A stretch of 64,000 bases of DNA, from the IMG/VR virus record IMGVR_UViG_3300012662_000001, positions 1 through 64,000 of that record; one strand, 5' to 3'. The stretch is from a virus. This document shows positions 52,978 to 61,989 of the stretch, in pieces. Within the stretch, counting starts at the first letter, position 1. Every line of letters begins with the position of its first letter. The notes beneath the pieces were generated by a model. That model had not been told where the DNA came from, searched no databases, and saw only the letters and a list, made by a program, of their open reading frames with translations. A program made the position numbers and the translations under genes.

Positions 52978-53059
52978 TAGTGTGATAAGACAGAGTGATA
53001 GTTCTTTTAATAGGCTTGTTCTGCCTATATTTGTATCACGAAATTTTAATTCTTTAGAT

Positions 53060-54622
53060 ATGGCAGAAAAGAAATTGGTTCCAGTCGAGAGGTTCAGGGA
53101 GGTTGCCCTGAACAACGGCTATGAAGTGTTTGATGAGACACAGGTGGCGGACTATGCCAAGGACGCTATGATGAAGTCTCAGGCAGGTGTTCTTTCAAAG
53201 GAGGACAAGGATGAGTTCGCCGTGGAGATGGCGGGACTTATGAAGGCTATCTGTGCGAATGGGGACGGCAGTCAGTGCACTCTCTACTATCGCAAGCCGC
53301 TTGTTGACTGGAAAGTTGACGGCAACGGTGTCGTGATGAAGGGGATCGCAGGAACGTACACTGACACCCCTGAGAACAGAAAGTTGAATCGTGTGGGTCA
53401 GGCTTATGTTCCAAGTTCTGATGTTATTAAGTCTATCTATGGTGCTGGAAAGGAGGACATCGAGGAGAATAAGGTTGATGCTGAGATGGCAGAACAGGCC
53501 TCTTTCATTAGAAAGTCCTGTGCCGTTGTGGCCGCTGATGCGGAGAGAAGACTTGCCCTTGGTGAGATTGATGAAAAGCTCTGCAAGTCAGTGAAGACCG
53601 AGGTTGGTATGTATCTGACTTCGTGGGGTGACACGCTTGATGAGTGCTGCGACGTTGTGAAGTCTGAGGACTTGGCTGACGTGCGTGAGGACTTGGCTGA
53701 CGCCAAGGCGGCATTTGTTGACATTGTCAAGGCCGCTCACGGTCGCTATGCTGACACCGCCAAGAATAGAAGACTGCATCGTGTTGGTCAGGAGTACGGC
53801 AAGGCGGCTCAGGAGAAGGACAAAGATGAGAAGAAGCAGGGTGCGACTGATGGTGTATCAGGTGGGAAGCCGTCTCGCAATGGTGATTCCGTGAAACGTG
53901 ATCTTTCCATTCTTGAGGAGAACAAGGATAGGATTGTTGAGAAGTACGGCCAGGAAGCCTATGATAGGAAAGTTGAAACCCTAAAGAAGGAGGGTGATGA
54001 CTACGAGCAGAAGGAGACCGTGAAGCAACTCAAGGAGCGTGCTGACAAGCAGGACGCTGAGGAGGAGGAACGCAAAAAGGCTGATAAGAGAGCCAAGCGT
54101 CAGGAGAAGCGCAGAGCACGTCACGCAGCCAAGCGTGAGGCCGCTAAAAAGGCCAAGGAGGAAGTCGAAGTCAAGGCAAAGGCTGAAGTGGAGAAACAGC
54201 ATCCTGAGGAGAAAGAACAACCTGAAAAGAATGCGAATAGCATTGAGTTGACTTCTAAGGGCATTAAGGACTATGTTGACAAGAATAGCAGTACCCCTGA
54301 TGCTCGTATGCAAGCGATGGCCGCAGCCTATAAGGCACTCAAGGATAGTGGCAAGAGTAAGAAAGTTGACACGTTTGTTAAGGAGGTGTCAACTGGAAGT
54401 CCAAAAGTTGATATGGTTACACGGAAGTATGTGGAAGCTACTATGGCTGGAGCCACACACGAGGAAGCCAAGGCGTTTGCTGAAAAGGAGTTCAACTTAC
54501 TTGAGCACGGTATTCAGATGGCTCAGACTGCCATAGAGGACAATCTTCCTCAAGGTATGGCACAGCATTTGATGAAGACAGCCTATGCCGTCTTTGATAA
54601 GGCGAAGTTTACAAAGAAGTAG
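53060..54622 (+). CDS. NR(K/R)L.RVGQ-motif protein (two motif copies), Lys/Glu-rich; candidate internal virion/ejected protein
   Basis: GTYTDTPENRKLNRVGQAY (53351-53407) and GRYADTAKNRRLHRVGQEYG (53741-53800). The C-terminal 120 aa are paralogous to 54695..55876. ATG at 53060 is downstream of the promoters. Confidence 0.55.
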   Translation: MAEKKLVPVERFREVALNNGYEVFDETQVADYAKDAMMKSQAGVLSKEDKDEFAVEMAGLMKAICANGDGSQCTLYYRKPLVDWKVDGNGVVMKGIAGTYTDTPENRKLNRVGQAYVPSSDVIKSIYGAGKEDIEENKVDAEMAEQASFIRKSCAVVAADAERRLALGEIDEKLCKSVKTEVGMYLTSWGDTLDECCDVVKSEDLADVREDLADAKAAFVDIVKAAHGRYADTAKNRRLHRVGQEYGKAAQEKDKDEKKQGATDGVSGGKPSRNGDSVKRDLSILEENKDRIVEKYGQEAYDRKVETLKKEGDDYEQKETVKQLKERADKQDAEEEERKKADKRAKRQEKRRARHAAKREAAKKAKEEVEVKAKAEVEKQHPEEKEQPEKNANSIELTSKGIKDYVDKNSSTPDARMQAMAAAYKALKDSGKSKKVDTFVKEVSTGSPKVDMVTRKYVEATMAGATHEEAKAFAEKEFNLLEHGIQMAQTAIEDNLPQGMAQHLMKTAYAVFDKAKFTKK

Positions 54623-54634
54623 AAAAATTCACAG

Positions 54635-54672
54635 AGCACTCCTTGGAATCTCCTGAGGAGTGCTTATATTTG
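54635..54672 (+). promoter_or_regulatory. promoter/operator cassette P12 embedded in a 9-bp-stem inverted repeat
   Basis: AGCACTCCTtggaatctcctgAGGAGTGCT, then TATATTTG. Confidence 0.55.
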
Positions 54673-54694
54673 CATTGTGAAAAAATTGAGAGTT

Positions 54695-55876
54695 ATGTTA
54701 ATAGAGAAATCAAGAAGTGGTGTCTATCAGGACAATCCGGAAAATAGGCGGCTGCATCGTGTCGGTCAACGCTATGGTGAACAGAAACAATCGGAGGAAA
54801 AGAAAGGTGGTGATGATGGTGTAAGGGATGTGGAGATTGTTACTTCCAAGCAGGGGGTTAAGACATTTCTTTCCGGGAAAGTTGGTGGCGACTACTATAA
54901 GGCTGTTGCTGAAGCCCATAAGGCATTAAAGAGAAGTGGTAAGAATAAGTCTGTTTCTCTTATGCTTGCTGAATCCGGAAGCGGTGAGCCGTCCAAGGAT
55001 GTTCCTGCAAGGAAATATGTGGAAGCTGTTAATGGTGGTGCTTCTCACGATGAGGCCGTCGTCTTTGCCAATGGCTGTTACGATGAACTTCTGGCAAAGA
55101 TAAAGAACGTTCAGGAAAAGGTTCATAGCGAGGGTGTTAGCTCTTCCGCTTCTACGAAGATGTTTGCGGCTGTGAACAAGTGGTTTAATGATCAGAAGTT
55201 TGAGAAGAAAGTTATTTCAGAATCTAAATCCATTGCTGATAGAATGAAGGAAGCAGGGTTTAAGCAGACTAATGAGGGGTGGGAGAAGTCCAATGGGGAT
55301 ATAACTGTGTCAGTTAAGAAACTAGCTTCGGGATATTACATTGGTGCAAATGATGGTAAACCCAAAACTTTAGTGCCTACACAGGCACATTTTTCTGGAG
55401 ATCCATTTGAAAAGATGCTTGCGGCTGTTGACAAGCGTCTTGTTTCTGCGGAAGCAGCCAGAAAACAGGCTGAGGAGATTGATAGAGGGGTTCGTGCGGC
55501 AGAGGAGAAGCACAATCTGGAGGAGATTAAGCGAATTAATGAGAAGATGAATGCTTTTATGAAGAAGCAGCCCGACGCTGATAAGAAATCGACTGAAACG
55601 TCGGAAAAACCGACTTCACGTGTCACGTTTGTTGATGTTCCACACGCCAAGGATGTAAATTTGAAGAAATATCTTACTGATTCAAGGCGTAAGCAAGTTG
55701 ATTATTTGATGAAGGCTGCAGAAGTTATGCCGAAAAGCACTTTGAAACAGATGCACGACGAAGCCGTTAAGAAGTTCAATGACAACTTTGACAGTATGAA
55801 GAAGTCAGAGCGTGCTTCCGCTCTTTATGTCATTATGAAATATAAGGACTTGATGAATAAAAAAATCCTTAAATAA
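54695..55876 (+). CDS. NRRLHRVGQxYG-motif protein; candidate internal virion/ejected protein
   Basis: The N-terminus EKSRSGVYQDNPENRRLHRVGQRYGEQKQ is nearly identical to that of 14257..15387. Its C-terminal NLKKYLTD...KFNDNFDS is also paralogous to that gene. Confidence 0.55.
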   Translation: MLIEKSRSGVYQDNPENRRLHRVGQRYGEQKQSEEKKGGDDGVRDVEIVTSKQGVKTFLSGKVGGDYYKAVAEAHKALKRSGKNKSVSLMLAESGSGEPSKDVPARKYVEAVNGGASHDEAVVFANGCYDELLAKIKNVQEKVHSEGVSSSASTKMFAAVNKWFNDQKFEKKVISESKSIADRMKEAGFKQTNEGWEKSNGDITVSVKKLASGYYIGANDGKPKTLVPTQAHFSGDPFEKMLAAVDKRLVSAEAARKQAEEIDRGVRAAEEKHNLEEIKRINEKMNAFMKKQPDADKKSTETSEKPTSRVTFVDVPHAKDVNLKKYLTDSRRKQVDYLMKAAEVMPKSTLKQMHDEAVKKFNDNFDSMKKSERASALYVIMKYKDLMNKKILK

Positions 55877-55886
55877 GGAGAAGAAT

Positions 55887-56285
55887 ATGAAAATGCACGA
55901 CGATATAGTCAAGAGAATGTCTGATGCCAAGGTGTCATTCGGTTCCATAGAGGATGTTCTTAGGGAGGGGGCAAGAAGTAAGAGCGGTGACTCCGGAGCC
56001 TATGTTGGTGACATTGAAGTTGACCTCAGTGGTTCTTATAATGAGCACGCCTGGAATTCTTCTGGCAGGAACAAGCCAAAGAAGACATATCAACTTATAA
56101 TTCACACGAAGAAGATAGACGGTGTGGATAACTTTGGTATCGTGCGAGCCTTTAATGACGGCACTCTTACAAGAGATCAGATCGAGAGTGTCACTCTTGC
56201 GGAAAGTAATCCGTGGGAGGGTTACTGGACAAAGATTAGAGAAGTGGATTTGGATGATATGCCTGTAAAGGCCGATAGAAAATAG
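55887..56285 (+). CDS. hypothetical protein
   Basis: 132-codon ORF. Confidence 0.5.
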   Translation: MKMHDDIVKRMSDAKVSFGSIEDVLREGARSKSGDSGAYVGDIEVDLSGSYNEHAWNSSGRNKPKKTYQLIIHTKKIDGVDNFGIVRAFNDGTLTRDQIESVTLAESNPWEGYWTKIREVDLDDMPVKADRK

Positions 56286-56318
56286 TTGTGGTCAGTTGAT
56301 ATCAATTGATTATTTCAA

Positions 56319-56338
56319 CTTTGAAATGATTATATTTG
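56319..56338 (+). promoter_or_regulatory. plain Bacteroides-type promoter (TTTG, then TATATTTG)
   Basis: CAACTTTGAAATGATTATATTTG upstream of ATG 56376. Confidence 0.4.
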
Positions 56339-56375
56339 CCGTGTAGTCAGTGAGTGATTAAAAATTACATAAGAG

Positions 56376-57050
56376 ATGAAAAAGTACATTTACACCAAGG
56401 AGAGTGAATTCGTTATCGTGGAGACTGACGGTCTTGGCAGAATCGATAATTTTATGGTGACAGGTGTCATCGGAAAGAATTACAGCAATCTTGTGCAGTC
56501 CGGATTCTGCTTCAAGATGGGTGATGAGGTCAGCATTGCTTCTATGCTTAATATGGCGAAGCTCTGCAAGGCCAAGGTTGAGTGTTTCGAGGGCAACGCT
56601 CTTGTTTCGGATGAGTCAGTTGACTACACTGAGGAGCCTGTTGTTGAGCCAGTGGTTTCAGTGTATGGCGTTTCAATTGAGCGTCCGGAGAATGTCGTTG
56701 CAGGTGAGACATACGATGTCAAGACAACACTTAAGACCCTTACCAAGGGTGACAAGGGCTATGACAAGGTGATTGTCAGGTTTGCCACCGTGGCTCCGGA
56801 GGGTGGTGAGTGCACGATGACGCTCGTTGATTCTCAAGGCAGTCAGTTCAAGTTTGTGAATAACGGTACTTGGGGTCCGAGTGAGGGCTTTCCTCTTCCA
56901 GCGGAGTATGAAGCCACGACTCCTATGCAGGTGTCCTACAATCAGGCCGGAACCTATGTTCACACGACAGAGCTTGTGAACCTTGAGGATAACAGCGTTA
57001 TTATATCAGACACAGCCGAGGTTACTGTGGTTGAAAAGTCTGGGGACTAA
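56376..57050 (+). CDS. hypothetical protein, beta-rich (Ig-like?) C-terminal half
   Basis: 224-codon ORF just upstream of the portal gene. Confidence 0.5.
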   Translation: MKKYIYTKESEFVIVETDGLGRIDNFMVTGVIGKNYSNLVQSGFCFKMGDEVSIASMLNMAKLCKAKVECFEGNALVSDESVDYTEEPVVEPVVSVYGVSIERPENVVAGETYDVKTTLKTLTKGDKGYDKVIVRFATVAPEGGECTMTLVDSQGSQFKFVNNGTWGPSEGFPLPAEYEATTPMQVSYNQAGTYVHTTELVNLEDNSVIISDTAEVTVVEKSGD

Positions 57051-57071
57051 TTATGTAGAAACATTTTCTAT

Positions 57072-58790
57072 ATGTCAAGAAGACAGCGAAATAGAAGTCA
57101 TCGTATGGGAGCTGAATCAACGGCTCCCATAGATGCTTTAGAGGGGATGTCCATTCAGGAGTTGAGCCTGATGTCACAGGCCGCTCCGCTTGCTCTTCAG
57201 AATCGGCTGGAAAAGGCTCTTCGTTCAGAGAACGTTGAGGACGTGCTAAAGGCACAGGCGTTCATCGCACAGCAGGAGAAGAGCGGCAGAGCTGTCAAGC
57301 CTGACATCAAGTCCATCCTATGGAATCCATCTGACATAGGGTTCAATGGTCGTGGCTATCGTGATCCGAACAATGGCATACCGTTCACCACACTTCAGCG
57401 GATGGGTGATATCTATATTATTAAGGCCATCATTAACACTCGTATTGAACAGATACAGAATTTCTTGCGATATAGTGATGATGATCAGAAGCCTGGATTC
57501 CAGCTGCGATACAAGCAGATGCTCGGCGGTGACATTAAAGAGATATCCAAGAAGGATATGAAAGTTGTTGAGGGGCTTGTGCGCTTTTTGGAGGATGGTG
57601 GTGAGAATGATAAGTGGTCTTCGGAGGACAATTTTCAGGATTTTACACGTAAGACCATCAAGGATTCACTCTGTCTGGATCAACTCTGCTTTGAGGTTGT
57701 TCGCAGTCGGAGTATGAAAGTGAATAAGTTCAGAGCGGTGGATGCCTCTTTGATACGGCAACTTGACACGGATGATCCTCGCTATGCAAGTATGTTTGAA
57801 TCATATAGGTGGCACGGTTATCTTCCTCGCTATGCGATGGTCTATGACAGTCAGATAATACGTAATCCAGCAACTGATGAGCTTGTTGTCTACTATCCGT
57901 GGGAACTTGGTTACGGCATACGTAATAAGACGACCAATGTGTTTAGGAATGGCTATGGCTGTTCTGAACTGGAGACCCTTATAGAGGTCGTGACGTGGAT
58001 TCTGTGGGGTATGCAGTATAACGGTAATTTCTTTAAGCAGGGTTCACAGCCAAAGGGATTCATTAATGTCAAGAATTCCAATATTGACCAAGGCACGCTG
58101 AATGAGTTTCGTCAGGACTGGAAACAGACGATGTCCACTGTTTATAATGCTCACAAGATTCCTGTAATACAGGGTATTGATCTTGAGTGGGTAGACTTGC
58201 AGCAGTCCAACAAGGATATGGAGTTCACGGAGTGGATTAAGTTCCTTTTCGTGGTGACGTGCGCTGTGTATCGTATTGACCCATCAGAGTTGGGTTTTCA
58301 GTTTCAGGATGCAGCAAGGGTGTTCGGACAGGACGGTCAGAAGGAGCGTCTTGACCATTCACAGAAGAAAGGTCTCTTTCCTCTACTCATTTTCTTTCAG
58401 AACATTGTGAATCGCTATATCATATCTGAGATAGATGACCGTTTTGAATTCGTGTTTACAGGCGTGGACATCAAGGACGAATCTGCTCAGATAGAGATTG
58501 ACAAGAAGAAGTTGGACGCAGGTGTTGTTTCTCTGGAGGATATGTTCCGCAAGTATTCGGGGCGTGACCTTGACCCTGAGAAGGATACCATTCTCAATTC
58601 CATCTATCAGACGGCACAGAGCAACAAGATGATGGGTGGTGAGGATATGAACGGAGCCGTTGATCAGATGAACGGTGAGGGTGGCGGTGACGACTTTGAC
58701 ATTGCTGATATGCTTATGCAGAAGTCACAGGGCAACCCTATTCTTGGCAAGGCACTGGAGTTTATTGATAATCAGTTATCGGCAAAATAA
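57072..58790 (+). CDS. portal protein (by size and synteny)
   Basis: 572 aa; immediately precedes a MuF-like gene, as in SPP1-type head modules (portal then gp7/MuF); no motif verified. Confidence 0.55.
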   Translation: MSRRQRNRSHRMGAESTAPIDALEGMSIQELSLMSQAAPLALQNRLEKALRSENVEDVLKAQAFIAQQEKSGRAVKPDIKSILWNPSDIGFNGRGYRDPNNGIPFTTLQRMGDIYIIKAIINTRIEQIQNFLRYSDDDQKPGFQLRYKQMLGGDIKEISKKDMKVVEGLVRFLEDGGENDKWSSEDNFQDFTRKTIKDSLCLDQLCFEVVRSRSMKVNKFRAVDASLIRQLDTDDPRYASMFESYRWHGYLPRYAMVYDSQIIRNPATDELVVYYPWELGYGIRNKTTNVFRNGYGCSELETLIEVVTWILWGMQYNGNFFKQGSQPKGFINVKNSNIDQGTLNEFRQDWKQTMSTVYNAHKIPVIQGIDLEWVDLQQSNKDMEFTEWIKFLFVVTCAVYRIDPSELGFQFQDAARVFGQDGQKERLDHSQKKGLFPLLIFFQNIVNRYIISEIDDRFEFVFTGVDIKDESAQIEIDKKKLDAGVVSLEDMFRKYSGRDLDPEKDTILNSIYQTAQSNKMMGGEDMNGAVDQMNGEGGGDDFDIADMLMQKSQGNPILGKALEFIDNQLSAK

Positions 58791-58960
58791 TGGCTTATAG
58801 AGAACGAGTTCCAAGAGTGCAGAGACACGTTGACCCTATGCGCTATCCAGCTGTGCAGGGGCGATATGAACGTGAAGCGATGAAGAGTTTTGCACCTGTG
58901 GAGCTGTTTGGCAATATTGTTGAGACGATGACGAAGATAGTCAAGGAGAAGCGAGGTTGA
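58790..58960 (+). CDS. possible 56-aa protein, below the ORF-track cutoff
   Basis: its ATG overlaps the portal stop (TAATG) and it ends 1 nt before the MuF start. Confidence 0.3.
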   Translation: MAYRERVPRVQRHVDPMRYPAVQGRYEREAMKSFAPVELFGNIVETMTKIVKEKRG

Positions 58961-58961
58961 T

Positions 58962-59909
58962 ATGCTTTTTACGGACAAGGACATACAGCGTATTCTAAAG
59001 GAAGTGGACTTGTCCACGGCCAAGTTGGTGGCTCGTGTTCTTGGCAGAAATTACCTGACGAAGTATGACCTCGATTTGTTGAAGAAGCGTGGTGTTGACC
59101 TATTAAAGTTGATACCGAAGTTTCCAGTGCATTATCAGTCGTTCCTGTTTGGTCGTGTTTCGGCCGCACTGGGCGATTCCATCACTAGAACGATGGGTTA
59201 TTCTGATCTGTTACAGTTTCTTCCTAAAATGGGTGATTTTGTCCCGACTGCGATGGAATTGTCCTTCTATGACGTGGCGGCTAATAAGACCTACACACAT
59301 ATAAAGGGCTTTGGTGATAGACTGAAGAATGACGTGCGAAACGCTATTTCCGCCGAGGAGATGTCCTATATACAGACTGAACAGGCCGCAAGGGCGAACA
59401 AGGTCATTCACGATGAGATATTGAATGGTACTGTTCAGAAGCGGACGGTGCAGAAGATTGCTTCCAATATAGCACATCAGATGGATGACTGGAATAGGGA
59501 TTGGGGGCGTATTGTGGAGACGGAGTGTCAGGATGTGTTCAATCTTGGTAGGGCACAGACGTTTATGCAGGATGACGCTGATCCCAAGGTGTTCTTTCAA
59601 GTGTATCCTGGAGCCTGTAAGCACTGCATCCGTCTATATTTGACACACGGTGTGGGTTCACAGCCGAGGATATTCAGGCTTTCAGAGTTGTTGGCCAACG
59701 GCACGAACTATGGTGTTAAGTCGAAGGAATGGAAGCCTACCGTTCACCCAGTACATCCCTTTTGCCGCTGCCAAATAACCAGACTTCCAGAGGGTTATGT
59801 ATGGAGTGAGGAGAATCACAGGTTTGAACCTCCTAAGAACTATGTTCGTAAGGTACAGCGCAGGAGCAAGGTTCACATTGATATCGGTGACAAACATTAT
59901 GACGTATAA
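58962..59909 (+). CDS. MuF-like minor head protein (SPP1 gp7 family)
   Basis: C-terminal ...CKHCIRLY...VHPVHPFCRCQITRLP matches the Phage_Mu_F H-P-x-C-R-C signature. Confidence 0.75.
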   Translation: MLFTDKDIQRILKEVDLSTAKLVARVLGRNYLTKYDLDLLKKRGVDLLKLIPKFPVHYQSFLFGRVSAALGDSITRTMGYSDLLQFLPKMGDFVPTAMELSFYDVAANKTYTHIKGFGDRLKNDVRNAISAEEMSYIQTEQAARANKVIHDEILNGTVQKRTVQKIASNIAHQMDDWNRDWGRIVETECQDVFNLGRAQTFMQDDADPKVFFQVYPGACKHCIRLYLTHGVGSQPRIFRLSELLANGTNYGVKSKEWKPTVHPVHPFCRCQITRLPEGYVWSEENHRFEPPKNYVRKVQRRSKVHIDIGDKHYDV

Positions 59910-59916
59910 AAATTAT

Positions 59917-61245
59917 ATGATTATGAGATTCAAGAAATGGCTTGGGATAATGACTCCGCAGGAAAAGCTGGAGGAGTATCACGATCTTAGAAAGCGGCTT
60001 GCTCAGATAGAGGATGAGGGTAAAGAACTTGCTCATCAGTTCTCTATTCAGAAGTCCATTGTTGACAGCATTGGTGAGGGTGTGCCTGATTCCAGAAGAG
60101 CGGAGGTGCTTGCGAAGCACACCGACTTTATGAAAGGTCACACGAAGCGTGTCACTGCCTGTGTCAATGAGCGTGAAAAGATTCTGAAGGGAATTGCCGT
60201 GCTTGTTGAGGAATGTCAGGAGGTGCGTGATGAGATTGCCAAGAGCCGCAAGTTGAACGGTCTGATGGAACTTCGCAAGGTTGGCAAACTGAACGAGAGT
60301 GAATATTTTAATCTTGTCAAGTCAGTGGACGGCAAGCCTGTTCGGTATGCTGATATGGTTGCTATGCGTGAATCAGACGGCAAGATTCTCATTCTGCATC
60401 GTGTGGATGATGAGATGTGTTCGACAGGTGAGGTGTGCATTCCTGGAGGTCACGTTGAGCCTGACGAGGACTTTAAGACAGCGGCCTTGCGTGAGTTTAA
60501 GGAAGAGACGAATCTTGATCCTATTGTGGCCAGAGGTATTCGTTATCTCGGTGAGTATAAGAGCGTTGATGCTCACATTCAGTATTTTCAGGTCTATGTG
60601 GATCCAGGACAGCCGATTACGGTTGATGCCACAGAGGAGTGCTTCTATGAGTGGATAGACATAAGTGAGATTCCGTTCAAAAACTTTATCTTTGACCAAG
60701 GGAAGAATGTGCTGAATATGATGAACAGGGTATGGCGTATGGATTCCGTTGAGCCGCTTGACACGGTTGTTAAGGCTGTTCAGGATGGTCGTATGTCCGT
60801 TCAGTGTTTTAAGGAAATCTGTTCTGACATTGTGAAAAAGGCACTGGCCACGGAGAACGCAGCACCTGTCATTCCGGAGAGTATGGAGGGTGACGTGAAG
60901 AAACTCACTATGCCTGTTCGTGACCCGATGTGTGGTGTTGAAACGCTTTTGAAGGGAATCAACGGTGTTGACGAGGTGGTTGTGAACGGCACGGAGACTA
61001 TTAAGTTTGTTAAGCCGTTGTTCATTCATAGTGTTTCCTATGAGGAAAATCCGGAGACAAATAGACTTGTTCAATGTGAGGTTGCCTATGTTGGTGAGGA
61101 TTCAGATATGAGCAAGCTGATTGACGTCTTGCGGAATGGTTTGAGGAATGGTTCGGTGAATTTCAGAGTTAAGGAAGAGGAATTTACTTCCGTTAATGAG
61201 AACGGCACGGACTATGTCGGTGACCCCATCTTTGCGGTTATGTAA
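59917..61245 (+). CDS. Nudix hydrolase domain protein with long N- and C-terminal extensions
   Basis: Nudix box GGHVEPDEDFKTAALREFKEETNL (Gx5Ex7REUxEExGU). ATG at 59917 is the first start after the MuF stop. Confidence 0.75.
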   Translation: MIMRFKKWLGIMTPQEKLEEYHDLRKRLAQIEDEGKELAHQFSIQKSIVDSIGEGVPDSRRAEVLAKHTDFMKGHTKRVTACVNEREKILKGIAVLVEECQEVRDEIAKSRKLNGLMELRKVGKLNESEYFNLVKSVDGKPVRYADMVAMRESDGKILILHRVDDEMCSTGEVCIPGGHVEPDEDFKTAALREFKEETNLDPIVARGIRYLGEYKSVDAHIQYFQVYVDPGQPITVDATEECFYEWIDISEIPFKNFIFDQGKNVLNMMNRVWRMDSVEPLDTVVKAVQDGRMSVQCFKEICSDIVKKALATENAAPVIPESMEGDVKKLTMPVRDPMCGVETLLKGINGVDEVVVNGTETIKFVKPLFIHSVSYEENPETNRLVQCEVAYVGEDSDMSKLIDVLRNGLRNGSVNFRVKEEEFTSVNENGTDYVGDPIFAVM

Positions 61246-61281
61246 GTTTCTGATTATTTTTGTCCATAATTATTGACGTGA

Positions 61282-61944
61282 ATGAGCGGAACGAATGACT
61301 TTAACTTCTTTCTTCCAGCTGATCTTGTAAAGGCGGAGGATTCAACTCGGTATCCTCGTGGTGACGAAAGACGCTACGAGAATATGGTGTTTGAAGGAAT
61401 CGCGAGTGACAATAGCAAGGACTATGAGGGAGAGAGTATGGAGCCGAAAGGCTTTGACTTGAGTCACTTCCTGAAGCACGGTCTGTTGAATCTTGATCAC
61501 CTTACTATAAGAGCGAAGGAACTAAAGTCCAGATTCTGGATTGGTGAGCCGCTGGAGGCCAAGATTGTTGACAACAAACTCTGGGTGAAAGGTAAGCTCT
61601 GGAAGGATAGTCCTGAAGCAAGGGCGTTCTGGGATAAGTGCATTGAGATGGCTGAGAGTGGCTCGACACGCAAGCCAGGAATGTCCATCGAGGGGCGTGC
61701 TCTGGAACGTGACCCGAAGAACCCAAAGCATATACTCAAGGCTATTATCAATAATATAGCGATGACGTTCACTCCAGTGAACTTCAATTCCTATATTGAG
61801 ATTGCAAAGGGAATTCAGTCGCAGGATTTCTATCCTACTGACGGTTCAATAGCAGTTAGTGATGATGTGATGCTGGAGGTTGTGCGTGGTGGCAGGAAGT
61901 TTATTATTAAATCAGATTTTACAACGGTGGAAGAAAGCATCTAA
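61282..61944 (+). CDS. prohead protease (HK97/S78-like)
   Basis: FEGIASDNSKDYEGESM, LLNLDH (His), GMSIEG (Ser), NIAMTFTPVNFNS. Pattern and position (between portal/MuF and the capsid gene) are typical. Confidence 0.6.
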   Translation: MSGTNDFNFFLPADLVKAEDSTRYPRGDERRYENMVFEGIASDNSKDYEGESMEPKGFDLSHFLKHGLLNLDHLTIRAKELKSRFWIGEPLEAKIVDNKLWVKGKLWKDSPEARAFWDKCIEMAESGSTRKPGMSIEGRALERDPKNPKHILKAIINNIAMTFTPVNFNSYIEIAKGIQSQDFYPTDGSIAVSDDVMLEVVRGGRKFIIKSDFTTVEESI

Positions 61945-61989
61945 TGGCTACGATTCCAGTAGAATGTAAACAATAAATTTTTTAGTGTT

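Noticed and set aside
60373-61074. 233-aa minus-strand ORF; similar cases at 61941..62429, 44964..45500, 36222..36737, 45965..46462, 44206..44628, 847..1320, 14293..14736 and 18254..18718
   Set aside because: All are antisense or out-of-frame shadows of plus-strand genes with strong motif support or clear operon context. None has a promoter box or a recognisable domain.
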